Part shown: piece after piece, positions 1-11,200 of the stretch
Position numbering within the stretch: position 1 is the first letter of the stretch
Layout: each line of letters opens with the position of its first letter
Assembly (NCBI GenBank): GCA_020137815.1
Contig: CM035356.1
Location: 7,812,001 to 7,876,000 of the forward strand
Source of the DNA: Hormiphora californensis
Lineage: Eukaryota > Animalia > Ctenophora
Direction of reading: 5' to 3'
Length of the DNA: 64,000 bases
Translations under genes and position numbers: made by a program
Notes under the pieces: generated by a model
Databases searched by the model: none
What the model was told of the DNA's origin: nothing
The model's input: only the letters and a program-made list of their open reading frames with translations

Positions 1-230
1 CACTGAAATTATTATTTTGTGCATATATACATATATATACTCGGTACACAATTACCCTACCCAAAAAAATTTCTACCTCAGAGTTACAAGACGTATAATA
101 TGTCTCTGAATCTGTTTTTATTGGGCACTGAAATTATTATTTTGTGTATATATATGTATATATACTCGGTACACAATTACCCTACCCAAAAAAATTTCTA
201 CCTCAGAGTTACAAGACGTATAATATGTCT
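1..230. repeat. ~125-bp tandem repeat, about 2 copies (intronic)
   Basis: cactgaaattattattttgtg...cctacccaaaaaaatttctacctcagagttacaagacg begins at 1 and again at 126. Confidence 0.85.
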
Positions 231-311
231 GACATATGTAAACCTCTGAAAAGTTTGTCCCTCGGACACCCGGCCTCCTCGACTAGCCTTAACATGTCGT
301 CCCACCTTCAG

Positions 312-888
312 GTACTGGGGATTGAGCCTACTGGAAAGATTCAAAGATATGGACCCGGGAAGACGGATTGTTAGTGACGGTGGTCCTATACAAGAAGAGA
401 TCGCATGGGACGCTGAAAACATACCTGATGATCCCATATTTGGTATGGGAGGGGAACTAGCCTTCAACTGGCAATACGGTAACCAAGGAAATAGGATCGT
501 ATTGATTGGAGCTGGAGGACATCTTTCAGATTTGAGAGCTGGTAATGACTGTACAAATGGACTAGGAAACGATTTCTTCTGCAATCCCTTAACAGGAACC
601 ACAACTGGTGATGCTGAGGGTATATGGGAAAGTGAGATATCCAATATTCAGCTGGACTGCCCATCTAATACATATCCACGTTGTAAAACTATCATAGTCC
701 AGGGAACTGACCACGGAATTGGGTTTCAAGGCTTAATTTCATTTACGACGGGACCGGTCTATGGTAACTATGCCATCTACGTCTCAAAGAATGTAAACCG
801 ATTCCCGGCTGTTGGCACAAAGCTTTGTCCCGTTGTAAAGGGAACACGGGATGTAAATTATCAACCGAGTTTGCTGTGTAAAATTTGA
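312..888 (+). CDS. Terminal coding exon of an unknown protein; upstream exons lie outside the window
   Basis: Acceptor ccttcag ends at 311. An open frame of ~190 codons with complex composition (NWQYGNQGNRIVL, GTDHG, GPVYGNYAIYVS) ends at TGA 886-888. No family recognised. Confidence 0.6.
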
Positions 889-935
889 GTCACTTGAAAC
901 AGTTAGAAAGTACAGATGAACAATTTATGTGAATT

Positions 936-1026
936 AGACTGTGATTTGTAAAATGATGGACTTATAATAGACTGTGATTTGAAAAATGATGGACTTATAA
1001 TAGACTATGGTTTGTAAAACGATGAA
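936..1026. repeat. ~33-bp tandem repeat x3
   Basis: tagactgtgatttgtaaaaatgatggacttataa repeated. Confidence 0.8.
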
Positions 1027-1662
1027 CACCAATTAATTCTTGCTAAATAACAACAACTGTTTACTTTTTACCACTTTATACCGCAAGCACTTAAAATTAA
1101 ATTGACAGCAGTTTTCTGTTCTCCCATTTCCTAGCCACCGACAGCTGCTCAACAACCAATCAAAACTCGTTATTTAGGTCACGTGACTGGTTATCAGCCA
1201 ATCAGGGACCAGTATTTCCTGATTCGGTCGGTTCCTGTCCATTTCTTAGCCACAGACACCTGCTCTATAGACAGGCCTTCACCACCTCCTCCTTGAGAAA
1301 CTTGGCAGATCTCACCAGGGCTTCTATAATAATAGACACTATAAAGAGAGACGAGTGATGGGGTTAGAAGCCGGGAACCCCAGTAAACGCGCGTACGCCG
1401 TTAGTTGCATAAACGACGTTGTTCTATAATATACTCCGTTAACAGCGCACGTAGAATAAGTTTTTGCAACTTTATGCGTCGCACATTTGCAGTTGCAAGA
1501 ACGGCATCGTTATAACGGGGTCGTACTTTGCACGCGAGGCAGTTAGTTGCACAAACAACGTCGTTGCTCGTTTTATTATTTTATTTGACTCTGTTATCTC
1601 CATGAACACTGTATTTCCATTACAGTGCTGCTTGTAGTCAGATTACCGTAATGAAAATACAG

Positions 1663-1887
1663 TAAACTCGGATTTTTTGAAACTGTCACCCCCCTGAAAT
1701 AAAAAATTTGTCATATCTCCGGTTCCTGATAAGATAGAGACTTGAAATTTGGAGGTTCGGAAGAACTTAGCAAGATCTTCGTAACTTCCAAATTTCAAGT
1801 CTCTATCTCATCAGGAACCGGACTTATGGTCATTTAATGAAATTTGAAAACTCTTGGGGGGTGACAGTTTCAAAAAATCCGACTTTA
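1663..1887. mobile_element. MITE with TAAAGTCGGATTTTTTGAA-type TIRs; family members at 25082-25297, 57528-57683 and, diverged, 58243-58399
   Basis: ~30-bp TIRs (taaactcggattttttgaaactgtcacccc / ggggtgacagtttcaaaaaatccgacttta) plus an internal palindrome at 1717-1822. Confidence 0.8.
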
Positions 1888-2187
1888 AGGAGACGCGCAC
1901 GGTACATAACGCGCGGCAAAAAGTTCATGTGTCAGCACGTACTAGCGCCCTGATTGGTCACGGTTGCGCGTCGTCTTACTGTATCTTCGTTTTCCATTAC
2001 CGTTTTCCCACTACAAGCGACCGTGTTACAAGTTACAGTTTACTAAATTATTTACTAAATTATTTTCAAAGGGAAATAACAATTACAATTGGTAAGTTAA
2101 AAGAACACTTAAAACATTTCATATCCCAATTTTAGTATTTTTTTCTCACAGACACTAAAACTGGGAATACACTTTTCAAATAATGTA

Positions 2188-2359
2188 CAGTCGGACCCCG
2201 ATTTAACGGCACCCTGGGGGGAAAGGGTTTTGTCCGTTAAATCGGGGTGTTCGCTAAATCGGGGTCAAATACTGTTAATTTCTCATATCGGGGGAAGATT
2301 ATGCTGCCGTTAAATCGGGGTGCCACTAAATCGGGGGCCGTTAAATCGGGGTCCGACTG
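2188..2359. mobile_element. Tc1/mariner(pogo)-type MITE, TA TSD
   Basis: TA|cagtcggaccccgatttaacgg ... ccgttaaatcggggtccgactg|TA. Confidence 0.85.
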
Positions 2360-2572
2360 TATATTGAAATAGTAATATTATACAGTTATACAGATAAATC
2401 TCAAGTAAATAAAAGATAGAAATAGAATAGTCAATATAATAGATATACAGTGATAAGATGCACAGCAATATAACTTAATTAATTAACTTAATTATCAACT
2501 AGTATCTGTTATAAAGAAACTGAAATGTAACTTGTCCATGACACAAATTCTGCTGCATGTAAGTGCAATAAA

Positions 2573-4672
2573 TTAAACAGCCGCAGTGGCTGCTGGCCTG
2601 GTAGAGCTAGAGGTGTCGTCCTTGTTCAGATCCTTTTTTAACCACCCTTCTCTGTGCAGCACTTCCTTAATGAGCTCCCGGTAATTAACCTCCTCTCCTG
2701 AATTATTTACCTGTAATTTTATAGGTTATTGTAACCATGGCAACTCACATCTACCAGTTGTAACCATGGCAACTCACCTCTACAATTTGTAACCATGACA
2801 ACCCACCTCTATTAGTTGTAACCATGACAACCCTCCTCTACTAATTGTAACCATGACAACTCACCTCTACTAGTTGTAACCATGGCAACCCACCTCTACT
2901 AGTTGTAACCATGGCAACCCACCTCTACTAGTTGTAACCATGACAACCCACCTCTACTAGTTGTAACCATGACAACCCACCTCTACCAGTTGTAACCATG
3001 ACATTATGAAAACTTACTTCTACTAGTTGTAACCATGACAACCCACCTCTACCAGTTGTAACCATGACAACCCACCTCTACCAGTTGTAACCATGGCAAC
3101 CCACCTCTACTAGTTGTTACCATGGCAACCCACCTCTATTAGTTGTTACCATGACAACCCACCTCTACCAATTGTAACCATGACAACCCACCTCTACTAG
3201 TTGTAACCATGACAACCCACCTCTGCTAGTTGTTACCATGACAACCCACCTCTACCAGTTCATGTAACCATGACAACCCAACTCTACTAATTGTAACCAT
3301 GACAACCCACCTCTACCAGTTGTAACCATGGCAACCCACCTCTACTAGTTGTAACCAAGACAACCCACCTCTACCAGTTGTAACCATGACAACCCACCTC
3401 TACTAGTTGTAACCAAGACAACCCACCTCTACAATTTGAAGCCACTCCTCTGCTTCCTCCTCCTCCAGCACATCTCCAATCATTGTCAGGTAATCCTTTA
3501 ACTCCCCCTTGTTAGCGTACCCCGTCTCGTAGGGGTCAAACACGGAAAACGCGAACATTAGGTCCTCGTAAATGCTCCACGAACCAATTGCCTATAGGTT
3601 AGACATGATGTAATTTAGTAGTATGCAACTGTCTATTTAGAAGGGTGGATACTGGATACTGGATGGCGGATTTCAAAATTACTAGTCAGTAGGTCACCTA
3701 TTGAAATCTACATCATCTTTATCAACAATCCTACTTACCGATTCCAGAGACTCCGCAAACTGTTTGTAGTTTAGTTTTCCCTTTGGTGTATTCTGTTCAA
3801 TTATCATTTCTCTAATCTGAGGCTCAGTTGGATTGAGGCCCAGCAATCGTAACGCGTGGCCAAGTTCCTTCTCTACAGGAAATTAAAGGTTATCCAAAAA
3901 AACGTAAGTAGATGGGTGAATACGTGAACCATAAGTATAAGGGGGAACCGGTCGTGCCAGAATCTAAGGGCTCAGTGACGGCTATTTACCCCTGAGTTTT
4001 CAGGGAATATCCAAGAATAGCCATGAGACCTTAGCTCTCAGGAGTAAATAGCAGTTACTTCAACCTGAGGTTTAGTCACGACTGTTTTCCCATTCCCCAT
4101 AATAGGGTTCGCGAAAGCTCCTGATTCTTCATTGAATTTTAGTCTTGAATTACAAAAGTAGCTACTAAAGGATACATGAATTTACTTTAACTAATTTGTA
4201 CTACCTGTAAGTTTGTCATCCCCATCTTTATCGCACATTTCAAACACTTCCTTCAGCACGTCGTCTCTGTGGTACTTCCAGTCCTAAATAACAAAATGTT
4301 ATTAACAAATTGTAAAAACAAATTGTAAAAATTTCGTTGTTATTAACAATTGAATATTTACATTACTACTACTGACTAGACACTCGCGTCACTATTTAGT
4401 AGAATCACGTGTAATTTGTGTAATACCGCAGAGTTGCAAAGTTATTGTAACATCTGAAGATAAAATAACGTTCAAACCTTGTAAATGTCGTTGAAAGAGT
4501 GTTTTCTTGACTCGATGTCAGCGGCTACTTTTGGTGAGCCACCCAATTCAGTCCCTCCTGCTGTTCCACTGCTGCAAGATTGATCCTTCAAGGTTGCCTT
4601 CTGTTTCCCAGAGACAGGCTGCTGTTCTTTACCGGGTCCAGGTTTGGGAAGGAGGGAATCTGTAGCAGACAT
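2573..4672 (-). CDS. Calmodulin/myosin-light-chain-like EF-hand protein; exons 4478-4672, 4205-4283, 3739-3872, 3427-3591, 2573-2710
   Basis: Phase-consistent GT-AG splicing gives DVLKEVFEMCDKDGDDKLTEKELGHALRLLGLNPTEPQIREMI...YEDLMFAFSVFDPYETGYANKGELKDYLTMIGDVLEEEEAEE...VNYRELIK. The start codon is uncertain. Confidence 0.85.
2729..3436. repeat. 29-bp minisatellite (~24 copies) filling the last intron of the EF-hand gene
   Basis: Unit acccacctctactagttgtaaccatg(a/g)ca. Confidence 0.95.
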
Positions 4673-4924
4673 GTGGTTCTGTGGTCTAGATATAGGGAGG
4701 TAGAGGCACAGAGGGGTTAGAGGGGAAAACGCAGTAAATTAAAAGGGGGTCGATTGGGCCGGGGAGGGTTGAAGGGGTTTGATGGGACGTGGGTCAGATA
4801 TAAAAACAGAATATTTGGAATTGTGAATTCAATCGCTAACAAATCGTGTGTCCTCCTCATCAGTTTCTATTCAACGTGCATGGTAACCATGGTAACCAGT
4901 GCTTGGTAACCATGACAACCAATG

Positions 4925-6652
4925 CTAACAAGAATAACTTCGTTCGTGGAGGAACCGTTCCTCTTCCTGGTGTTGTGCTCTGAACTTATCAAATATCGGT
5001 GCTGGGAACCGCCCCAGGCCACTACAATCCTCCAAACTTCCGGCTGATCTTGAATTCCCCGTTCTAGCAAGGTATTCCTCATATCTCCCATCATCACTCT
5101 CCACATACTCAACACAAACCTCCTGAGGTCCAATCTTGAAGGGGTTAATTACATGTCCCATCCGCCATCCAGGCATACCCTCCAGCCGGGTTGTTTTCCT
5201 CCTTCCCCAGTACTCCCTCCACTTCTTCCTAAGGACCCTAACCTGCCTCTGATAAAACTGGGACTCAACATTACTGTGATGCAGGAAGAAGAGAGGATCC
5301 TCGGCAGCACGGTCGGTAAAGAACAGCCCGTCCTCCTCTCCACCCACAATGTAATGGGGAACACCGTGCTCGAATCTTAGGTCATCCTCAAATGCATCAA
5401 AATCAGAGCGGATAATGTTCTGGATCCGGTGGTAAGTGGCGGGAGAGAACTGATAGGACCACTGTCTCACTAGACATTGGTGCTGGAGGGTTGTGAATCC
5501 TGTGGACTGTATTGAAAAGTATCCATTAGGGACGCACTGTGGACTCGTTCCTCTGTTTGCCCCAAACCAATTGAATACATCGTGGGTCCACCACTGATTG
5601 GGATTGATTGTCCAGTCCCAATATGGGATGGTGATAGAGCACCCTCCCCCCTCTCTCAGCAGGTCCTCCATCTGCAACACATAGGCTCGGTGCCAGGGGA
5701 AGAACTTGGTCCTATCGTGGATGGCAGTCCTCCAATAAAGCTCGTGAATCTTTAGCAGCCTTCTGAACCGGTCTTGGAGAACCCTCCCTGCCCTTCCTGT
5801 GGATATTCTAACAACTGTCTCCACATACGTCCTCTTCTCTCTCGAACTGAGGTCATCCCAGGATTTCCGCTGCCTACAACAGTACTGTTTTCCACCAAAA
5901 CAATGACAAATATCACCACATCGGTTGCGTTTAGTTCTCTTGCAGCTTCCAGTGGATGGGACTCGAAATATTTTAACCTTTTTAGGATCGAGAGACAAAC
6001 TTTTCGGATCACTTTTCTCCTTCTTCCCCTTCCTCTTCCCCTTCTTCTTTCTGTTATCCTGTTTCAAGTCCTGTTCCGGGTGGCCCGCCTCCTCATCATC
6101 ATCATCATCATTATCTGTTTCATTATCTGGTTCATTCTGTTGATAATCCTCGTCATCTGATTCACCATCGTCCTGTTGATCTGTTCTCGTGTCGCCACCG
6201 TCCCCATCACTCTCACTGGACTTCTTCTTTTTCCTATCTTGGTCTTTTTCACTCGACTTCTTCTTATTTCCATCATCGTCTTCTTTTTCGCTCGACTTCT
6301 TCTTTTTCCTATCTTGGTCTTCACTCTGACTGGACTTCTTCTTTTTTAAATCATCTCCTTCTTTTTCACTCGATTTCTTCTTTTTTTCACCATCGTCATC
6401 ATCATCATTGTTTTTATCGGATTTCCTTTTCTTCTTCATTGAGTCGGAATTAACATCTCTTCCATGATCATGATCATGATCATGATGGCTCCCTCCGTGG
6501 TGCTTGGCTCTCAAAACTAGAGAGACCTCATCCTCCTCACCAGTATTCTGATCTGCAGCTTCAACAAAAGTAGTAGTATCGCTGGGATCCTGATCTGTAG
6601 CTTCAACTAGAAATAGAAGAACAACTGTCAGAAGACAACAACGTAAAAACAT
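4925..6652 (-). CDS. Secreted tyrosinase/catechol oxidase (type-3 copper), single exon, with a long charged low-complexity N-terminus
   Basis: Signal peptide MFLRCCLLTVVLLFLVEA; CuA IHELYWRTAIHDRTKFFPWHRAY; IPYWDWT; CuB FEHGVPHYIVGG...AAEDPLFFLHHSNVE. Confidence 0.92.
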   Translation of the reverse strand: MFLRCCLLTVVLLFLVEATDQDPSDTTTFVEAADQNTGEEDEVSLVLRAKHHGGSHHDHDHDHGRDVNSDSMKKKRKSDKNNDDDDDGEKKKKSSEKEGDDLKKKKSSQSEDQDRKKKKSSEKEDDDGNKKKSSEKDQDRKKKKSSESDGDGGDTRTDQQDDGESDDEDYQQNEPDNETDNDDDDDEEAGHPEQDLKQDNRKKKGKRKGKKEKSDPKSLSLDPKKVKIFRVPSTGSCKRTKRNRCGDICHCFGGKQYCCRQRKSWDDLSSREKRTYVETVVRISTGRAGRVLQDRFRRLLKIHELYWRTAIHDRTKFFPWHRAYVLQMEDLLREGGGCSITIPYWDWTINPNQWWTHDVFNWFGANRGTSPQCVPNGYFSIQSTGFTTLQHQCLVRQWSYQFSPATYHRIQNIIRSDFDAFEDDLRFEHGVPHYIVGGEEDGLFFTDRAAEDPLFFLHHSNVESQFYQRQVRVLRKKWREYWGRRKTTRLEGMPGWRMGHVINPFKIGPQEVCVEYVESDDGRYEEYLARTGNSRSAGSLEDCSGLGRFPAPIFDKFRAQHQEEERFLHERSYSC

Positions 6653-6821
6653 AGTGGGTATACTGACACGTGCACAACCTTGGATTAGGTCAAGCGACGA
6701 TGATCTCGAAGCATTCTCGTCATAACAAAAACTTTTAAACGCACAATTCTTTAAACACACATGTTCGTGAGACGTATGATAATAGGGGAAATGCAGATTA
6801 TTGAGACATATAGACGTAGAG

Positions 6822-6825
<4 letters not shown>

Positions 6826-6874
<49 letters not shown>

Positions 6875-7156
6875 GAGAGAGAGAGAGAGGAAGAGAGAGA
6901 GAGGGAGAGAGGGTAGGCGTGGATAATGGTTCGTACACATAGAGGTAGGCTAGAGAGCTAATACACGCCGCGACACCAGTAGCAAAATAAGAGCTCTTGC
7001 TTGGGAGAACAAGGGTTTAATGAGGGGGAGATCGGAAAAGAGAGGGAGAACAGGGGGTTAACGAAGAGGGAGAGTAGAGAGGAAAAGACCCCAAGCGAAG
7101 GAGCAAGATCTCGGTCATGAGCTAAATAAATGGTCTCTACCTACTATATTTCTGCC

Positions 7157-7232
<76 letters not shown>

Positions 7233-7523
7233 CTCTCTCACACACTCTCTCTACTCTCTCCCTCTCATCTCAGTCACATTCTCTCTCATCCACTTCTCTC
7301 TCTCTCTTTCACTCTCTATCTCTCTCCCTCTCTCTCTCACATTCTCTCTCTCACTCTCTCTCTCTTTCACTCTCTATCTCTCTCCCTCTCTCTCTCACTC
7401 GCTCTCTCTCGCTCTAAGACCGGAGTCCAGAAAGGTGTGGGTCTGTTATTGGCCGCACAGTGTATTAACTGTATGTATGATGATGTGATACTGCGGGCCA
7501 TTAAAAAGAAAGCGAGGAAGAGA

Positions 7524-7601
<78 letters not shown>

Positions 7602-7617
7602 GAGAGAGAGAGAGAGA

Positions 7618-7658
<41 letters not shown>
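6826..7658. repeat. (GA)n/(CT)n microsatellite blocks
   Basis: Blocks at ~6826-6912, 7161-7414 and 7517-7658. Confidence 0.95.
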
Positions 7659-7660
<2 letters not shown>

Positions 7661-8244
7661 ATGGTCCCCTGGTATTATTATACATATCAGACAACACCTG
7701 CATAATCATTGCTCCACTCTACTAATGATCTTGACAATTATACATGACAACAAGTGGTTTACCGTCTTTGACAACTGCACATTTCAGACAGGCTTATATG
7801 ATCAAATACACCGTATATAGATTCCCTAAGGTATTGACTCTACTACTAAGGTAGGGTCTGACTGCAGTAGTCTAGTTGGATCAATTGGACTCAAAAGTTT
7901 TGCTCTGGATACATTCTCAGAATTATACTACTCACTCACCTTCCTTTTTTATTTCAGCTGGACTATTATCCTGAACCTCCCCTCCCTTAGAAAAAAGATG
8001 AAAATGATCAGATTTTTAAAAGAAAATTGAAAACGCGACTGATATCACTTACTGAAAACTTCAAAGTGTAAACGGCACAGAACAAATAGAAAAAGGTACA
8101 ACTTCTTGGCACGGAATATTTATTGGGGAAAACAGTCGTGCCTGATAGCCGTGAAATAGCCGTAGCCTGAACCTGAGGTTCAAGTACGACTGTTTCCCCT
8201 CACTGAGTTTATATCAACCCTCTCGCCCCATGATATCCTCCCTC

Positions 8245-11200
8245 TTATTCCAAGGAGGAGAGAGGGGAGTGCATGGATCAGCTGGGGAGGGATACAACTC
8301 TTCCTCCCAGACAACATCATCCTCGTCACGAGATTTTCTCATCTTCTCCAGCATCTCCTTCTCCATTGCCCTCTTTTCTTCATCGTACCTGTAAACATTG
8401 GATGTTATATCCTTTACAATAACATGATAACTAACAGGATAATCATTAGGATATAATTTACTAATTTCAAAAATAAGTAATACAAGTGTATAACCTACCC
8501 CAATGAAACTTACGAGCTAGAGAATTTGCTGACAATGATTGTCATCGGCAGGGCAAGGATAACAATTCCCATGACAACCACTAAACTCCCAAAAATTCTG
8601 CCAAGATGAGTCCTGGGCGCTACATCTCCATACCCTACTGTTGTTATTGTAACCACTGCCCACCAACAACCCTGAAAACAGTGGAGTTGTTATGGTGACC
8701 ACTGCCCACCAACAACCCTGAAAACAGTGGAGTTGTTATGGTAACCACTGCCGGCAATTTTGCATTTGCGGGCATCGCACTATAGACGTATTACCCACGT
8801 ACTATAGACGCATTATAAACGCATTATAAACGCATTATAGACGCATTATAGACACAAGCAATATAGACGCAATTTCGTAAGTAGCACTATAGACGCAATA
8901 TAGACGCATTATAACAGCAATATAAACGCATTTTTATAGACGCGACGCAGTATAGCCGCATTATAGGCGCACTACCCACCCCAAAATCACCTTATAGACG
9001 CACTATAGACGCATTATAGACTGACTATAGCAGCACCATAAACGCTACATAGACCCATATAGACGCATGATAGAAGCATTATAGACGCAAATCGCTTTTT
9101 ATAGACGCCGCGTCTATAAAAAACGTGCTTTTTAAAGAAGCACTTTAGACGTACTCCAGGCTACAGTGCGATATTTGAGGTGCAGTTGGGCGTTTTATAA
9201 ACGCATTTTTGTCGCATATAAAAGGAAGCAGTACAGACGCATTATAGACGCATTATAGCCGCATGTGTGCGAAATCGATAAAGACGCAATATAGACGCAA
9301 AATAAAAAGGAGAGGGAGAGAGAGGCGAGGGAGGAAGGGAGAGGGAAGGAGAGGGAGGGACTGAGGGAGGGGTACAGGGACAGAAACAGGCGGATCGGAT
9401 AGAGACCTGAGACAGAAGGACAGAGTAAGATGGAAAGAGAGTAAGATGGAAAGATAGTGATAATAGGGACGGAGTGAGACATAAAAAGAGTGAGACAGAA
9501 AAAGACAGAGATGGAAACAAACGGACAGAGACAGACGGACGGACAAACACGCGCTTACTATCTCCCTCTCTGTCTCACTCTCTCTCCACTCTCCATCTTA
9601 ATCTCTCTCCATCTTACTCTGTCCGTCTGTCTCAGATCTGTGTCCATCTGTCTCTGTCTGATCTGTCTCTGTATCCCTCCCTCTTTCCCTCTCCTTCCCT
9701 CTCCCTCCCTCCCTCCCTCCCTCTAGTCTCTCTCCCTCTCCTTCTTATTAATTGCGTCTATATTGCGTCTTTATCGATTTCGCGCACATGCGTCTATAAT
9801 GCGTCTATAATGCGTCTATACTGCTTCCTTTTATATGCGACAAAAATGCGTTTATAGTTCGCCCAACTGCGCCTCAAATATGGCAGCGTGCGTCTGAGTA
9901 CGTCTATAGTGCTTCTTAAAAAAGCACGTTTTTTATAGACGCGGCGTCTATAAAAAGCGATTTGCGTCTATAATGCTTCTATCATGCGTCTATATGGGTC
10001 TATGTAGCGTTTATGGTGCTACTATAGTCAGTCTATAATGCGTCTATAGTGCGTCTATAAGGTGATTTTGGGGTGGGTAGTGCGCCTATAATGCGGCTAT
10101 ACTGCGTCGCGTCTATAAAAATGCGTTTATATTGCTGTTATAATGCGTCTATATTGCGTCTATAGTGCTGCTTACGAAATTGCGTCTATATTGCGTGTGT
10201 CTATAATGCGTCTATAATGCGTTTATAATGCGTTTATAATGCGTCTATAGTACGTGGGTACTGCGTCTATAGTGCGATGCCCGCAAATGCAAAATTGCCA
10301 CCACTGCCCACCAACAACCCTGAAAACAGTGGAGTTGTTATGGTAACCACTGTCCACCAACAACCCAGAAAGCAGTAGTTTATAGAGTTATTGATATCGA
10401 ATGTGAAATCAAAGCCAATAGTTGTCAAGTTCTACCTCTAAAAAAGATTTAATTTCATTGCAAATAGTTGTTCTACCTCTAAAATGGAGACGAAAACAGT
10501 GTCATCTGAGCTATCAAACTCTATATAATACATGATCGTTCCACAAGATAAGACGAAGATAAGAATTAGCAGCAGAAGGACCAGGAACTCTTTAGCTGCT
10601 CCAGATATAACCTGAAGATGAGATAGGGATCGCTAAATTTTAACACCGAATAGAAATACAGTAGGACCCTTGGTAATGAAATTACCCCTCTGTTATTATT
10701 GCTCATGTATGCAATAAAAGGGGTGACTTCGTAACCAAGTACATAGGACCCCGATTTACCGGGCCCCGATTTACCGGAACCCCGATTTACCGGGAGGATT
10801 TCTTTCCCCCAATTGTTTTTTTTTGGAAAATTTTCGAAGTTTTGCCGGTTTGTAAACTTGCATTTGCAATTTGCTAGGTCTAATGGGGATCAGGTATCCG
10901 TGGTATCGGTTCGTTTCGAACCGTCTAATTAGCGGCAGGACACGTGATAAGATGCACCGATTCGAAACACGATTCGAACGTGGCTGGTATAAAAATTTCA
11001 TAACTTTTTTTTGCAAAATTTTACAGAATCATTGTCAATGCTTTGATCGATGCTCCCCGTAAATTTTCATAGAAAAAGTTATTTTGAAACTTTGATACTT
11101 CCTCACCTTGCTTAGGGTGCCCGGATTCGGCATGGTATCACGTATCGGTTCGTTTCGAACCGTCTAATTAGCGGCAGGACATTCGATAAGATGCACCGAT

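Noticed and set aside
2729-3436. 29-bp repeat array as a CRISPR array
   Set aside because: Units are head-to-tail with no unique spacers, there are no cas genes, and it lies in a eukaryotic intron.
6653-6760. First 36 aa of the 611-aa ORF
   Set aside because: Non-ATG start; the ATG at 6652 begins a signal peptide.
7940-7985. Small exon-like segment (ag..gtgagt, minus strand) as part of the EF-hand or Kv CDS
   Set aside because: It lies downstream of the Kv stop and its phase is incompatible with the EF-hand exon; possibly a UTR exon, left unassigned.
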